Part shown: in pieces, positions 10,282-22,960 of the stretch
Position numbering within the stretch: position 1 is the first letter of the stretch
Layout: each line of letters begins with the position of its first letter
NCBI GenBank assembly: GCA_000004985.1
Contig: GG738913.1
Length of the DNA stretch: 64,000 bases
From: Naegleria gruberi
Taxonomy: Eukaryota
Strand: one strand, 5' to 3'
The notes under the pieces: model-generated
What the model was told of the DNA's origin: nothing
The model's input: the letters and a program-made list of their open reading frames with translations, nothing else
The model's database searches: none
Position numbers and translations under genes: made by a program

Positions 10282-13200
10282 ATGGTCCTTTCATGTCAGT
10301 CATGCAAAACAACAATATTCACACATATTCTGTGTGGTTTATTGGTAGTTTACTTGGTGATGATGGTTGGAAGTGTGCAGGGTTTAGAAAATTTAAATAC
10401 GAAACTGGACGCAAGAAGCCGAATGAGCTCCGAAGGTCTTTCAAAGAGAGGATTGACAGGTATGGCACAAGCAATGGCAACGGATGTTTATATGAGGGCC
10501 TATGTGGATCCAATTAATGGTAATAATGATGTTTCGAATAATTGTAGTATGCAGAGTTCTCCCTGTGCTAGTCTAAAGATGGTTTTTAACATATTAGAAA
10601 GGATTCCGAATTATGTTGAAGATGGAAAAACAGCCTATCTAGCAATTTTCCTCATGAATAATATTGGACAAGCACAAATTAATGAAAATTGTGGAATTGT
10701 AGTTTCGAATGCTTTTCAAAAGAAGTTTCCAGAAATATTATTTTCCACAGATTCGACACTCTACTTGAGAAAGTTGAGTTGTGGCAGTAATCAAGGGTTT
10801 TTGAAAAGTAACAATGAAGTAATTCCATTCCTGATCCAATTTTTCTATATGGACCTTTCTAATATTGCAATTTCAGTACAAAACAACACTGAGGTTTGGA
10901 CTCTACTTTGTATCATTTCTGATTCATCATTCAAAAGTGAAAGAGTAACATTTGATACTTCTGAAATCTTTGGAATCAATTCAGTCGATTCGAATAATTT
11001 CATAATTGATGGAACAACTTTACGAAATGCAACTTTAAATTTTATTTGCATGGAAGCTAGTTTAACGATTAGATATAGTAACTTTATTGATTCGGCATTG
11101 ACATTGGATCCTCAACGATTATCCAGTACGAGAAGTATTACCATTTCGAGTTCACATTTTAAATATTCGAATCGTCCAAATTTGAAGAGTTTTCCAAGTT
11201 ATTTCATTACTAATAATAGATATCCATTTGAGAAGTTTATAATTAGGGACAGTACGTTTGAGGGAAGTGGAAGGGATTCGGATAATATTGGAGGAATTTC
11301 TATTCCTCATATTTATCCATTTATTTTGGATGTCGATGGATCAAACTTTAAGAAACTCTATTCGAAAGAAGGTGGAGCTCTTAATATTGCTGGTTATTCT
11401 ACAGTTATCATCAGTCGAACAGTATTTGATTCGAATAGAGCTTTATACATGGGTGGCTCTATTCGATTGAAAGGTTTAGCATCAAGAGCCAACTTTCTCC
11501 AATGCACCTTCCTAAACAATGAACAAATTGTACAAAATTATGCATCTTCCAGTAGTGAACTATCTTCCAATGCACTCTATGGAGGAGGTGCCATTTACTT
11601 TTCACAAGATTCGCCTTCTTCTATTCTATTTAACACTTGTGTCTTTAAGAATAATAGTGCAGGAGGTTTGGGTGGGGCTTTTTTGAGTTATTCTGGAAGA
11701 TCAGATGAGTTTATATTTGTGGAATCTGAAATTAATGGAAATAGGGCTGGATATTATGGTGGAGGAATTGCAGTTTTGGTCAACCCATCACTTTCCATTT
11801 ATGATGAATATGTTTCAATATTTGATGCCAAAAAAACAAAGATTTTGAGAAATGAAGCAACTATAGGAGGTGGATTATTCTTCAATACATTGGATACAAT
11901 TAGTTTGGATTCAGAATCGTCAATTTCCAACAATGTTGCCACCAAATATTCACCAGGAGTATTTTACAATAAGATTAATAAGTTGCAGAATTCTGCAGTG
12001 GTTGACAATAACTATATTAGAGATGGTTCATCAATTATTCAATCCCAAACTAATCAATATCCTTCAACAATATCTCTATTTCAGCAGGATCAAATTAGTG
12101 AACTTTCTAATGCTGAAATTATTCCTGGCTACACTCAAATATTTTATGCCAAGTTTAAGGATGCAAATGGAAACCTTGCAAATACTTCACTCCTATTCAA
12201 CATGCAAACCTATTGGAAACTCACACTAACTTCAATTGAGGGAACCATTATTATTGATGATTTGAATTTCAGTCCATCTGGAGACTTTCTCATGATTGAA
12301 TGCAAAACCTCCTTATTGAGAAGAGACATTAAGGGAGACAGATTTTCATTAAGTATGACAATGGACACAAAATCTGCTCTTCAGGCATTTTCTGACATGC
12401 AAGTTGTCAAATCTTTCAATATTTCTGTTGGATCATGCGGAGCCGCTGAATATATTGAAGTGAGAACAGCCAACGATGGAAATGACTATTATATTTGTTC
12501 AAACAGACCATCTATCATTGTTGGAGTTACGATTTCAGCATTGTTTGTGGGTTGCATTGTTTGTATTGTGTTGGTTATTTTCACTGTGAAATTCTGTTTC
12601 TTGTATAAGGACCAGAGAAGAAAGGCCAAGAAGGAAAAGGAATTGGAAATGAAATTAAGAGATTTTGAGTTGAATTATACTAAACTTGGCGACACTAATG
12701 CTTCTGCACTTTCTAGTCAATCTGCTTCTGGCATTGATTATTGGATGATTAAGGAAGAGGACATTGAAATTCAACAAAAGGTTGCAGAAGGCGCTCAGGG
12801 TAGTGTTTTTAAAGGAAAATGGTAAGTTTAGTTCTGTTTCTGCTTGTTTGTTAAATTTTGAAAAAGGAAAAACAAGACACAAGTTGCCATCAAAACATTC
12901 AAATTGACATTGGAGGAGGAGGCAGAGGCATCATTCCAACAAGAAGTAGGTTTACTGAGAGCTGTTCACCATGAAAATATTGTCACATTCTATGGAGTTG
13001 TGGTTTTGGAAACGACAAGATGTATGGTTACTGAATTTGTGCCAAACAACTCATTAGAATTTTGGATTACCAAAATGAAGAAGGGAGAAAAGAAGATTTC
13101 ATTCAAGGAAAAGTTGAAAATCTTGTTGGATATTGCAGCAGCCATGAGTTATTTGCATGAACTCAATCCTCCAATTATTCACAGGTAGGTTTATTGAAAT

Positions 13201-13828
13201 TTTGATTAGCAATATTTATTCGAAATTCAGAGATTTGAAACCTGGAAATGTATTACTTGACAATCAAATGAAAGCCAAAATTTGTGATTTGGGAGTTAGT
13301 AAAATTGTGGCCGACAACATGGTCGAGAAAACAAATCAAATTGGAACTTTCAATTTCATGGCCATCGAGACCTTTAATGGAACTGAGTATAATGAGAAGT
13401 GTGATGTTTTCAGTTATGCAATCATTTTGTGGCAATTGATTTTTGAGGAGAATGCAATTTATTCCAATGAATTATTGAAAAACAAACGAGTGAGCTATTT
13501 CATGACTGATCAGGATAGACAAGTTTATGAAAAGTTGACACCTCAAAATTTCAATAATTATTATATTGCCAAGTTGATTAGTGAAGGATTGAGATATCCA
13601 CTGCCTTCAATATCTAAAAGTTTGGAAGAGGAAAAGAAACTCTTTGTATGGGTTGAGGAATATATGAACCAGGAAGGAATTGATACTAGTAGACTCACTA
13701 TTCGAATCTTACCAATTTATTTCTCATTAATTGAGTCATGTTGGAGAGCAGATTACAATCAAAGACCAAGTTTTTCATTCATTGTAAAGAAACTCCAAGA
13801 AATGATTGAGTTGGCAGATAAAATTTAA
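10282..13828 (+). CDS. receptor-like transmembrane Ser/Thr (TKL-type) protein kinase with Pmp-like parallel beta-helix ectodomain; join(10282..12822,12877..13184,13231..13828)
   Basis: N-terminal signal/anchor (ILCGLLVVYLVMMVGSVQG). Ectodomain with GGAIYF / GGAF / GGGIAV / FxxN repeats. TM IIVGVTISALFVGCIVCIVLVIF. Kinase motifs GSVFKGKW | TQVAIK ... IIHR | DLKPGNVLLD ... ICDLG are restored only by removing two introns (gtaagttt..acaag 12823..12876; gtaggttt..ttcag 13185..13230). Phases are consistent. Confidence 0.8.
12823..12876 (+). other. spliceosomal intron (54 nt, GTAAGT...AG) between kinase subdomains I and II
   Basis: GKW | intron | TQVAIK. The only in-phase acceptor is the one at 12876. 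Confidence 0.75.
13185..13230 (+). other. spliceosomal intron (46 nt, GTAGGT...CAG) splitting the HRD catalytic motif
   Basis: IIHR (ag|gtaggt) ... cag|a gat ttg aaa cct gga aat restores HRDLKPGN. Confidence 0.8.
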
Positions 13829-13880
13829 ATCACTTCCATCACGTTTAGTTATTTTTAGATTCATTTCTCATTTGAAAAAA

Positions 13881-14771
13881 ATGTGCAAACGATCAAGACA
13901 ATTATTCGATGAAGGTAGTGATGATAAAAAATCAAATGTTGAACCATTATTATTAGAATTGGAACATTTTTCGGATCAAAATTCCACCATCTTTATTGAT
14001 GATCATGTAGATGAAATTTTATCGTTTTTTGATGATTTTAAATTTATTGTTCTGAATTGTGCATTAGTTTCTAAACAGTGGTTGAGAGTCATATCGGAAA
14101 GAGTAAGATTTTCGCTCACTTGCAAAAGTAGCCAGAATTTGCAAGGTGAATTTTTGCAAAATATTCAAAATCTTAAAGTGAAAGAACACAAGGAAATAGT
14201 ATTCGATTGTCAAGTATTTAGTTTGATGAAATCATTGACTAGTCTTGATATTTCTTTTAATAACATTAGTTATCGATCTCATTATTTTAAAGAACTGAGA
14301 CAATTACCTAAATTGACTAATTTAAATATTAGTGGCAACAAGATTGAGGCTATTGGAGCCATGCAGATTAGTAAAATGAGGCAATTAACTTGCCTTAGTG
14401 TTTCTAATAATAATATTGGAAATGAAGGATTCAAATTCATTTGTGAAATGAAGCAATTAACCTATCTCGATGTTGGTAGAAATGATATTAATAGTAAAGG
14501 ACTCAATCATATCACTAACCTTGATAAGTTAAAAGATCTTCGTATTTATTACAATAGTGTTGGAGATGGAGCTAAATACATAAGTGAAATGAAACAATTG
14601 ACTAATCTTAATGTAAATACAGCTTGCATTAATGAAAAAGGTGCCAAGTTCATTAGTGAGCTGCCACTGGTCACTAATCTCAATATCAGTTTCAATGAAA
14701 TAGGCAATCAAGGACTCGAACACATTAGTAGAATGAAAACCGTATTAAATTGTATAAATAATTACAATTAA
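13881..14771 (+). CDS. F-box-like / leucine-rich repeat (RNI-type LRR) protein, paralog A
   Basis: ATG at 13881 (MCKRSRQ). F-box-like FIVLNCALVSKQWLRVISERV. About 24-residue LRRs (LTNLNISGNKIEAIGAMQISKMRQLTCLSVSNNNIGNEG...). Paralogous to 26658..27515 and 41848..43056. Confidence 0.65.
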   Translation: MCKRSRQLFDEGSDDKKSNVEPLLLELEHFSDQNSTIFIDDHVDEILSFFDDFKFIVLNCALVSKQWLRVISERVRFSLTCKSSQNLQGEFLQNIQNLKVKEHKEIVFDCQVFSLMKSLTSLDISFNNISYRSHYFKELRQLPKLTNLNISGNKIEAIGAMQISKMRQLTCLSVSNNNIGNEGFKFICEMKQLTYLDVGRNDINSKGLNHITNLDKLKDLRIYYNSVGDGAKYISEMKQLTNLNVNTACINEKGAKFISELPLVTNLNISFNEIGNQGLEHISRMKTVLNCINNYN

Positions 14772-15911
14772 TAATAATAATTACTAGTATTTAAAAATTT
14801 GTAAATTGTTTTAAAAAAAATAGCAAAATTTGATGATCAATTTTCTTTCCTCAAGATCGGAAAATAGTTTCTGTCAGTTTTTTGTGTAATTGGTTACTTC
14901 GGAAGAAACTAGACACTCCTACAATAGTTTGCTAGGAAGAGGCTCACCTAGTTGAATTAAAACCATTCCCGAAATGTGCTTTAATTCATCATTCGAAAGT
15001 GTTACTTCATTTATACGATTACTGCACATAAATTGGAACTTGCTTCTACTAAATTATTGGAAACTTCTATTCTTTCTCGACCTACATTTGAGAAATTGTG
15101 GAAAACAGCAAGTTAAAAGATGTGGTAGTATACTCACTTGTGGATGATTGACTTATGAAATCGAAGTTAAGTATTGATTCGGTCTGTATTGTAAAGATTT
15201 CGAATTGTGAAACAATCAACCTCCAAATTAAGGTCTTTCTATTTTAGCCACTTCATGCTCAATTTAAAAAAAAGCCTCACCATTACATCAATCATGCATA
15301 AGAGCATGATAATTGGGCCTATTAATATTTAATAATGAATACTAAATGTTAAATCGGGGTCCAATAGGAAGCAGTATATCAATGGGTCATTCATTGCCAT
15401 TTTCGCTCCCTCCTACATCATTGAAGAATTTATCAGTTTCCTTTAAGATTTGACAACAACCGCCTTATTGCCTCTTCCAAAGGAACTTATTTGCACTAAT
15501 GAAGAACTTAACAGTTTCCTTGGTCTTTCAGTGTTTAATATTATTCAAGTGGTGGCCCCATTCATCTAATCAGTCCTCTATTTTACCATCTATGTGAAAA
15601 AATGGAGGAGTAATATTTTTCGCCGTTTCTTTGATTTTGCCTCTGAGGAGACCTATTTTGTTGGCAACGAAAATGATCCTCTCAGAAGATTAAGTAGGGT
15701 GTGTTATTAAGGTTAGTTTGCTCACTCGCCTTAATGTGTTTGTCATTTAGTGAAATGCATCAATCATGAAGCGCGTCCATCCACAACGTCACATCTTCAT
15801 AGTGCCGAATTGGCTCTCAAGTTGAACTTGAAAAAAAGGCAACATTCACTCTCTCAAATAATTAGTTCGAAAATTTACAGATCATAACAAATTCATCAAA
15901 ATTGAAACAAT

Positions 15912-15940
15912 TCAACGACAAAGCGTTTTCTTGTCGTTGA
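15912..15940. promoter_or_regulatory. perfect 10-bp inverted repeat hairpin (tcaacgacaa-agcgttttc-ttgtcgttga) about 140 nt upstream of the cyclase ATG
   Basis: Read directly: the 10-nt stem arms are exact reverse complements, with a 9-nt loop. Confidence 0.4.
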
Positions 15941-16077
15941 GACAGTGTGGAAACAAAAATCTATAGATCCGTTCACAACAAGTTGACACACAACACCAAG
16001 TCCTTAATTACAATCAACAAAAAGAACATCATCAATAGGAATATAGAAATATTTTATCAACAACCAAACAAAAAACA

Positions 16078-19000
16078 ATGACAGAATCACCACATGCATC
16101 ATTGAGTTCATTGGCTCGTCCAGTAACCTTCAATCTTGCTACTGCAACAGCAAACACTTCACACAGTGGCACTAATTTGAGGCCAGCCCTCAAGATTTAT
16201 TCTAATTATGAAACGACAGCATCTACTCATTCAGGAGATGATGAAGATGCAGTCTCTGCTCAACCAACATCTGTGGAGGAGGGTTCAACTGCTGATAAGA
16301 TCTCCTCTAATCAATTCACTGAGGAATACATTGTTCCATCACTTAAATCGATAAGAACACATCCATGGGATGATTTACCACATGTTTCGAGTTTATTAAT
16401 CTTTGGTATCATTCAACCAATACAATTTATTGCACTTTCTTTCATTCCCATTGATCAGTGGGGTTCCATCTCACGATATATCATAGATTATGGCATCAAG
16501 AGCATGTATACATTCGGGTTACACTTACTGCCCTACGAAGGATCAGCAGCCTTTCTCTTCATCTTTCTGCTTTTGGAAATGTTATGTGGAATAGCTCTTT
16601 ATTTGTCCAAAGAATCTATAGGCAAAGATGCCAAGCTTTGGAAATTAATGCCAAAGATATATACTTACATGACCTTTCTGTGCACTGTATTGTACCTCCC
16701 AATAACGAGTATTTATTCAACCTTCTGGTCATGTGATTATGTCCACGGAAAGAAGGAAGTTCAATCTGATATTACATCAACAATAACGACCAATTATTAT
16801 TTGAAAGTTTACCCAGATGTGGAGTGTTGGGATACTCCTAACCTTGTGTTTTCAATCTTTTCCATGATTGGACTGATTTTTCACATTGTGGCAATTCCAG
16901 TTTTGTTCACATTGACGGTGGCCAGTCCTTCCATTATTTTAGTTCCAACAAAGATAAGGACTGCATGGTGGCACAGAGTCATCAAGAAGGCATTCTTCAA
17001 TACACTGCGTCCTATTGTTCCTGTGGCTGTGTCCATAATGAGTGGATTTTATATTGTGTTTCAACAGATGGTACCCTCGTACACCGAGTTTTCATTCCTC
17101 TATCCAAGTGTAATGATAGCAATAGCCATAGCATCAGCTGGAATAATAATATACACGCTTCCTTATCATCGCCCTAAAGAAAACAGCTTTCAGTTCGCTG
17201 TAAACTTGGCAAAACTAGGGCCAAGTTCAGTAATGCTCATTTGTTCACTTCAAAATACAATTTCGGATGTCAATCACATCAGTGGAACGCTTTACCAATG
17301 GGAAGCTGGTTTAATTTATCTGGGAACTTCTCTAGCTTCTTGCCTTACTATTTTCCTGTTTGCCTTTTTTGGATGTCAAGCTTATCAGAAAATTTACATT
17401 GAAAAATTGGCAAAACAATTGAATGAGAAGATTTCGGAAAATTCTGGTGCCTTTTCGAATGATTTATTGGAAGATATTGGTGAAACTAATATGGGAAGAG
17501 TTGCACAATTCGCCTTAAATGTCGATGAGAAGGCAATTTCCAAAGTTGACATTGAACTGTTGGTAATTTCTAAAAAGATTATTACCGAAATGAAACGAAA
17601 CAAATTGACACCAACGGATACTTTCTTTGCAAGCTCACTTTCCTGCTTGGTTATTAAATTATTCAAGGAAAAGGATCCAAGATATGGAATCATGTATTCT
17701 TTACAATTACTTTCAGGTCAATTGAAAAGAAGAATCAATATTTGGGATCGTTTAGTTATTTCTTTACAAAAACATGAGAAAGATGTTTTGAAGAAACGTG
17801 AAGAAATCAAGCCAGGTTCAAGAAAAGCCGAAGAGATTGATAAGAAAATATCACAACTCTACAAGAAGCAAACTCAGCTTTCTAATTTGCATAGAAATTA
17901 TTGGAAACTTGTTTTGAATGAGAATAGCGATGATTCGAATGCCATTCTTCAAGTTTCTGATGAATTGTACATTTTGCAAAATGAAACTAGAAGCATGTTT
18001 GAAGAACTCTTCTCCCAACACTCAACCAGTGTCACAGTTTTAAGAAACTATTCACGTTTCGCTGAAAAATTCCTATTCCAACCTGAACTTGCAGAAGATT
18101 TACAAGCTGCTGTTTTGGAAGAGGAAGAAGAAAACAATAGAAAGAAGCAAGCATTCAAGGGTGGAAGAAGAGGAAGTAGAGCAGTACCTGGTTTCCAACA
18201 AGAAACCATTGATTTGAGTAAATTTGACGATTTGGACGAACTGCCAGAGGAAGCCGAATGTTTAGAAGAAGAGAATAGAAAACAAAAGGAAGGAAATAAG
18301 AATTTGATCAACAAGCATCCAGATTTCACATGGTTATTGATTGTTATTTTGATTATTCCATGCTATGTCATTTTGGGAATCACCGGAGGATTAATAGCAG
18401 AGATTATCCAAGGAACTTCCACAAAAGGAAGTTCTACCAAAGGTTTTGAATCCAAAGTTTGGATGTATTATGAATTATGTGATGCTGCAAATGTTCCTTT
18501 CTATGTCCTTGTAGACTATAGAGCTTTACAAAAGTTGAAACTCTTCTCTGGAAACACTGCATACATTACCAAATTAGAAAAAGATCACAAGGAGAGATTT
18601 TCCTCGTATAGTCAAAGAATGAAGAGTATGATGTTGGATTATTCATCAAGTACTGACAATTTAATCAGTGCTGTGGTCAAGGGCTATCAGCAAACCTACT
18701 ATGAAGTTTACATTCCAAAAGCAGTTTCTAATGCCTCATCATTTCAAGAAGGAACCAAGAAGAAAGTGACCTTATCCGAAATCTACTCCATGATGGCTGT
18801 TCAATTGGAAAATATCGTTCAACAAGATGATAGTATGAGTTTGAAAACAATTGAAAACTTTCCATTCATGTTCTTTTGGGAAAATCGAGAAATTATGCCA
18901 ACAATAATTTCCAATTTTTGTTCTACAATTATTGAAGATCACAGAAATTTGTTAATTGACCAATTGAGAGATTTCATTTTGGGTATGTCAATAGCCATGG

Positions 19001-21467
19001 CGAGCTTTATGATGGTAGCTTTTGGTATCTTTGGTGTCATTATTTACAAATTTAGAGATCGTCAACGTTTAATCAATTTATTCAAGAAATTGCCAAAGGA
19101 TGAAGTTGGACGAATCTATCAAGAATTGAAGGCTGGATGCTCCAACGATAAGCACTCACTTTCCAATGATAAGAAACAATTTATTCTCACTCGATTCTTA
19201 AGAAATCCAGTTTATGCCGTTCCATCTCTTCTCATGCTTTCATTTGCTATTGGCGGAATTGCCTTCTCTGTCTTTATTTACGATTCCACTAATAACATGA
19301 ATCTACAGTATAGTTCCATGTTGAAATTGAGAAATTCTGTTGATATCCAAGTTGATTACCATAAGGGTTTGTTCAATTTGGTCGAGTTGATTAGTGGAGA
19401 TAGTTCACTACCAACAAATAGTTCACTTGTTTATAATGAAGTGACGAATAGTATGAGAGGATTGGTAGATAACTTTTTAGTTTTCACAAGAGGAGATAGT
19501 CAGAAAGGTTACAACCCAATCAGAAGTTTCAGCACAGATATTGAAATACTCATGATTTCGAATACTTGTTCCAATAATTTTACTTCTATCAATAGAACTA
19601 TTGGATCAAATACTACTTCAACAACATTGCCAGCTTCATCTAAAACATGGAATTCTAACTTTACACTCTCTCAAAATTTGGATTTCTTCTCTTGTCTTTC
19701 GATTGAAGACCTAATGTCATATATTTTATCTGGAATGGAACAATTCAAGGAAGAATCTTTCAAGAATATTCGTACTTCAGGCTATTTTATTGAAACCTTC
19801 TTCAAGGATCATGTTTCCTTGAGTTTATCCTTCAGAGCAAAGGTCGACAAGGTTTTACTCGTTCTAGTATCTGTCATTGATAACATTGTGTCAATTACTC
19901 CAAGTTTGACAGCTTGTTTAATGATTGTTGTCTTGTGTATGCTCATTAATTACATTGTATTTACTTCATGGAAGGTCTACACATCTGAAATGACCCAACT
20001 TCGTCACATGTTTCATTTCATTTCTTGGGAAACAATCGAAAGCAACGAAATCTTCCTAAACTATATAATGAACTATGAATTAGTCAGAAAAAAGAAAGGT
20101 TCAAGAATTCATCCTGGAGATGAAGGTGCAGATAGTGATAGTACCACCATGCTTAAGAAAGTTTTGGATAGTTGTGTTGATGGAGCTGTTATTTTCAATC
20201 AGGAAGGAATTGTGGAAAATATTAATCAAGTTGCCTTGTCAATGTTTGGAATTAGATCTCAATCTGATGTTGTAGGAACTGAATTTTATGGACTTTTCCA
20301 ATCTAAAGATGTCATTGCCAAGACAATTAGTGACATTTCCAAGTCAGCTAATTCTCATGGTGAAATTCTTGAAGTTGAAGCTAAAAGATCTCAAAATATG
20401 CTCAATTCCAAGACATTCCCTGTAAGACTGAATTTATGTGTTGCATTTTCTGGTGGAAAGAGCAAAAAGGTCACATTTGCTGGTATTTTAAGTGATGTAA
20501 CATCAGAGAAGAAATCTCTTGAATTGCTAAATGTGGAAAAGAAAAAGTCAGAAGACCTGTTGAAGAGTATCTTCCCAGAAGCTGTTGCTGCTCGTTTAAA
20601 GAAAGGAGATACCTTCATTGCTGAGAAGTTTGATGATATTACTTGTTTCTTCTCAGATATGGTTGGTTTTACCAAAATGAGTAGCACTTTGCAACCAACT
20701 GAACTAGTAGAAATGTTGAACGATTTAGTGAATGGTTTTGATGAAGTGTGTACAAAGTATAATTTGGAAAAGATTAAGACTATTGGTGATGCTTATTTTG
20801 CAGCTGGGTAGGTTTTCTTCTTTTTGGAATATTTAAATTATTTATTTAACAATTAAATAGTGGATTGCATGGTCAACAGAGTGATCACCCTGAAAGAGTT
20901 TTAAGATTTTCAATTGATGTTTTTGGACTATTGCACAGATATAATATTACCAGAAATAGAAGTGTTGACAATTCTATTAATTTGCGAATTGGTATAAATA
21001 CTGGAAGTGTTGTCGGTGGTGTTATTGGTAAAAAGAAATTTGCCTACGTGAGTTTTCAATTTTTTTCAATGTTTATTTACAATAATGTTAATTATTTTAA
21101 TTTAATATTAAACAAATAGGATTTATGGGGAGATGCAGTCAATACAGCCTCAAGAATGGAATCAACTTCATTCCCAGGTCGTATTCAAGTTTCCAGAACA
21201 ACTTACGAAAGAATTCACGATCTAGTTCTTTACGATTTGGATCAAAGATTAAATCCTAATGGAAAGGGAATTATGGTGGAATTTGAGGAGAAACGAGTTG
21301 AAGTGAAAGGAAAGGGATTGATGCAAACCTATGTTCTTTTGGAAAAGTTCCATGAAAGAGCATTGTTTGAACATTTGGCAATGCATATTGATCATTCTCA
21401 AGACTCAGCATTGGTTCCATCTGTTGCACTTTCTAACCAATCATTATCAGATAAACATTCAGATTAG
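16078..21467 (+). CDS. polytopic membrane PAS-domain class III adenylate/guanylate cyclase; join(16078..20807,20861..21047,21120..21467)
   Basis: About 1754 aa. Three clusters of TM helices, a coiled-coil-like middle, a PAS-like segment (VLDSCVDGAVIFNQEGIVENINQVALSMFGIRS...) and a cyclase domain (FSDMVGFTKMS ... KIKTIGDAYFAAG | GLHGQQSDHPERVL ... RIGINTGSVVGGVIGKKKFAY | DLWGDAVNTASRMEST). The canonical DxWGDxVNxASRMES motif is recovered only after removing a 72-nt intron. Confidence 0.85.
20808..20860 (+). other. spliceosomal intron (53 nt, GTAGGT...TAG)
   Basis: Phase-2 junction in the cyclase domain. It removes the in-frame TAG. Confidence 0.7.
21048..21119 (+). other. spliceosomal intron (72 nt, GTGAGT...TAG)
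   Basis: Joins ...KKKFAY to DLWGDAVNTASRMES. Confidence 0.8.
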
Positions 21468-21479
21468 GGAATTTATTGA

Positions 21480-22469
21480 TTAGGCAAAATGTCTGGATAC
21501 TTGTTCGAGAATAACCTTGATATTTTGGATAGTGTCTTTTTGTAATTGAAGAACTTGTTCAATAAATTCGTTAGAGTGGTTAGAATTCATTTCTGGAAGT
21601 GGAATTTGATCTAGATCTAAAATGATAAGTTCTAATTGAGATTGTGCATGGTCCAATATTCTAGAATCTGTGCTCAAAATACATTGATCCTTGAGATAGG
21701 TCTTGATACACTTGATGATTCTAATGACTATTTGCAAGTAGTGTTTGAGAAGAATTCGTTTTGGTACTGAACTTCTTGGTTGTTTTGGAAAATCAAATTC
21801 CATTGTAGTATGCTGAAAATGGAATGAAATATCGGTCAATGGATGAGAAGCTTCATCTTGAGCTGCCTTACATGGATTAGTGTAAACATTTCCATTAAAG
21901 GAAAATAATGGCTTGATCCATTTGTCAGAACCTGTTGATGTACATTCTTTGGATTGAAGGATTTTGTCATTATCGGATTGGAAATTAATATATGTTTCCT
22001 TTGCCAATTTATCAATTCTATTCATCACCAAATTCAAAACTGTCTTTCCAGTTGGAAATTCCAATTCAGCTTTCATTTCGAATACTTGCAGCAAGTGCAA
22101 TACCACATCTCTGGCATATTTGAACATACATTCTTTGAATTGTGTACATAAACCATACTCTTCTGTTTGTTTCTTAAAGAAGAGTGATGAAACTTTTTGT
22201 AAAATCAATTCTTGACAATCAATCTTGTCATTATTCGTTGAAAGTCTACTAGGAATTGGTTGCTTACTAATCAGAATCTTCTTCAACTCCTCTGGATCAT
22301 CCACCACTTGATTATTATATACAATCTTTCCATTGTAATATGGATCTTCCTCATCTACAACAGCATGAAACGAAAGTCCACCCAATTCAAACTGAGCACA
22401 AACAACAGTCAATAAAACTGCCACCACCACGACCACTATCAATAGTGATACTTGTATTGTTTTTTTCAT
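21480..22469 (-). CDS. hypothetical secreted or signal-anchored protein
   Basis: ATG at 22469 (MKKTIQVSLLIVVVVVAVLLTVVCAQ, hydrophobic N-terminus). 329 aa with no recognisable domain. Confidence 0.45.
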   Translation of the reverse strand: MKKTIQVSLLIVVVVVAVLLTVVCAQFELGGLSFHAVVDEEDPYYNGKIVYNNQVVDDPEELKKILISKQPIPSRLSTNNDKIDCQELILQKVSSLFFKKQTEEYGLCTQFKECMFKYARDVVLHLLQVFEMKAELEFPTGKTVLNLVMNRIDKLAKETYINFQSDNDKILQSKECTSTGSDKWIKPLFSFNGNVYTNPCKAAQDEASHPLTDISFHFQHTTMEFDFPKQPRSSVPKRILLKHYLQIVIRIIKCIKTYLKDQCILSTDSRILDHAQSQLELIILDLDQIPLPEMNSNHSNEFIEQVLQLQKDTIQNIKVILEQVSRHFA

Positions 22470-22960
22470 TCTTGTATGTTGAAGGCTTTTAAATCCAAGC
22501 TCCAAATTAATAGCACTTCCTTCATCACGTTTCTTTCCAAATTAATATCAAAGAAATATATTGTGGATTATTTTAGGATGGTCAGATTCAGGTGTGTGGA
22601 ACACGTTTTTCTATTGTTCTACTTCTTCTTCATAATTCAACACGTAGGAAAGGAAGCCTTCCTTGCTGAACGATTTTGTTACTAATTAACTATCGAAAAT
22701 CCATTATAATTACTCTATAGGTGCTTCAGTTCTAATTCACGTTTTATACAGTCAGAGTAGGATGATAAGAAAAAGTTTATGATGATGAAATTCCTTCCAT
22801 GATGAGAATCAAGCTAATTTTTTCTAATTATCAAACTTCTGTTGGCGGTAACAAAACTAGCCGTTACAAGAATTAAATTCAAAAAAAAGCAAATTAAAAA
22901 AAAATCAAAACTTCTTTCTCAAATTTTTATTTATCTTCTTATGATGAAATCGACGACGAA

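Noticed and set aside
15672-15700. Weak resemblance of ctctcagaagattaagtagggtg to the U6 snRNA ACAGAGAAGATTAGCATGG region
   Set aside because: The invariant ACAGAGA box is not conserved and the surrounding U6 elements are absent. I judge it a chance similarity.
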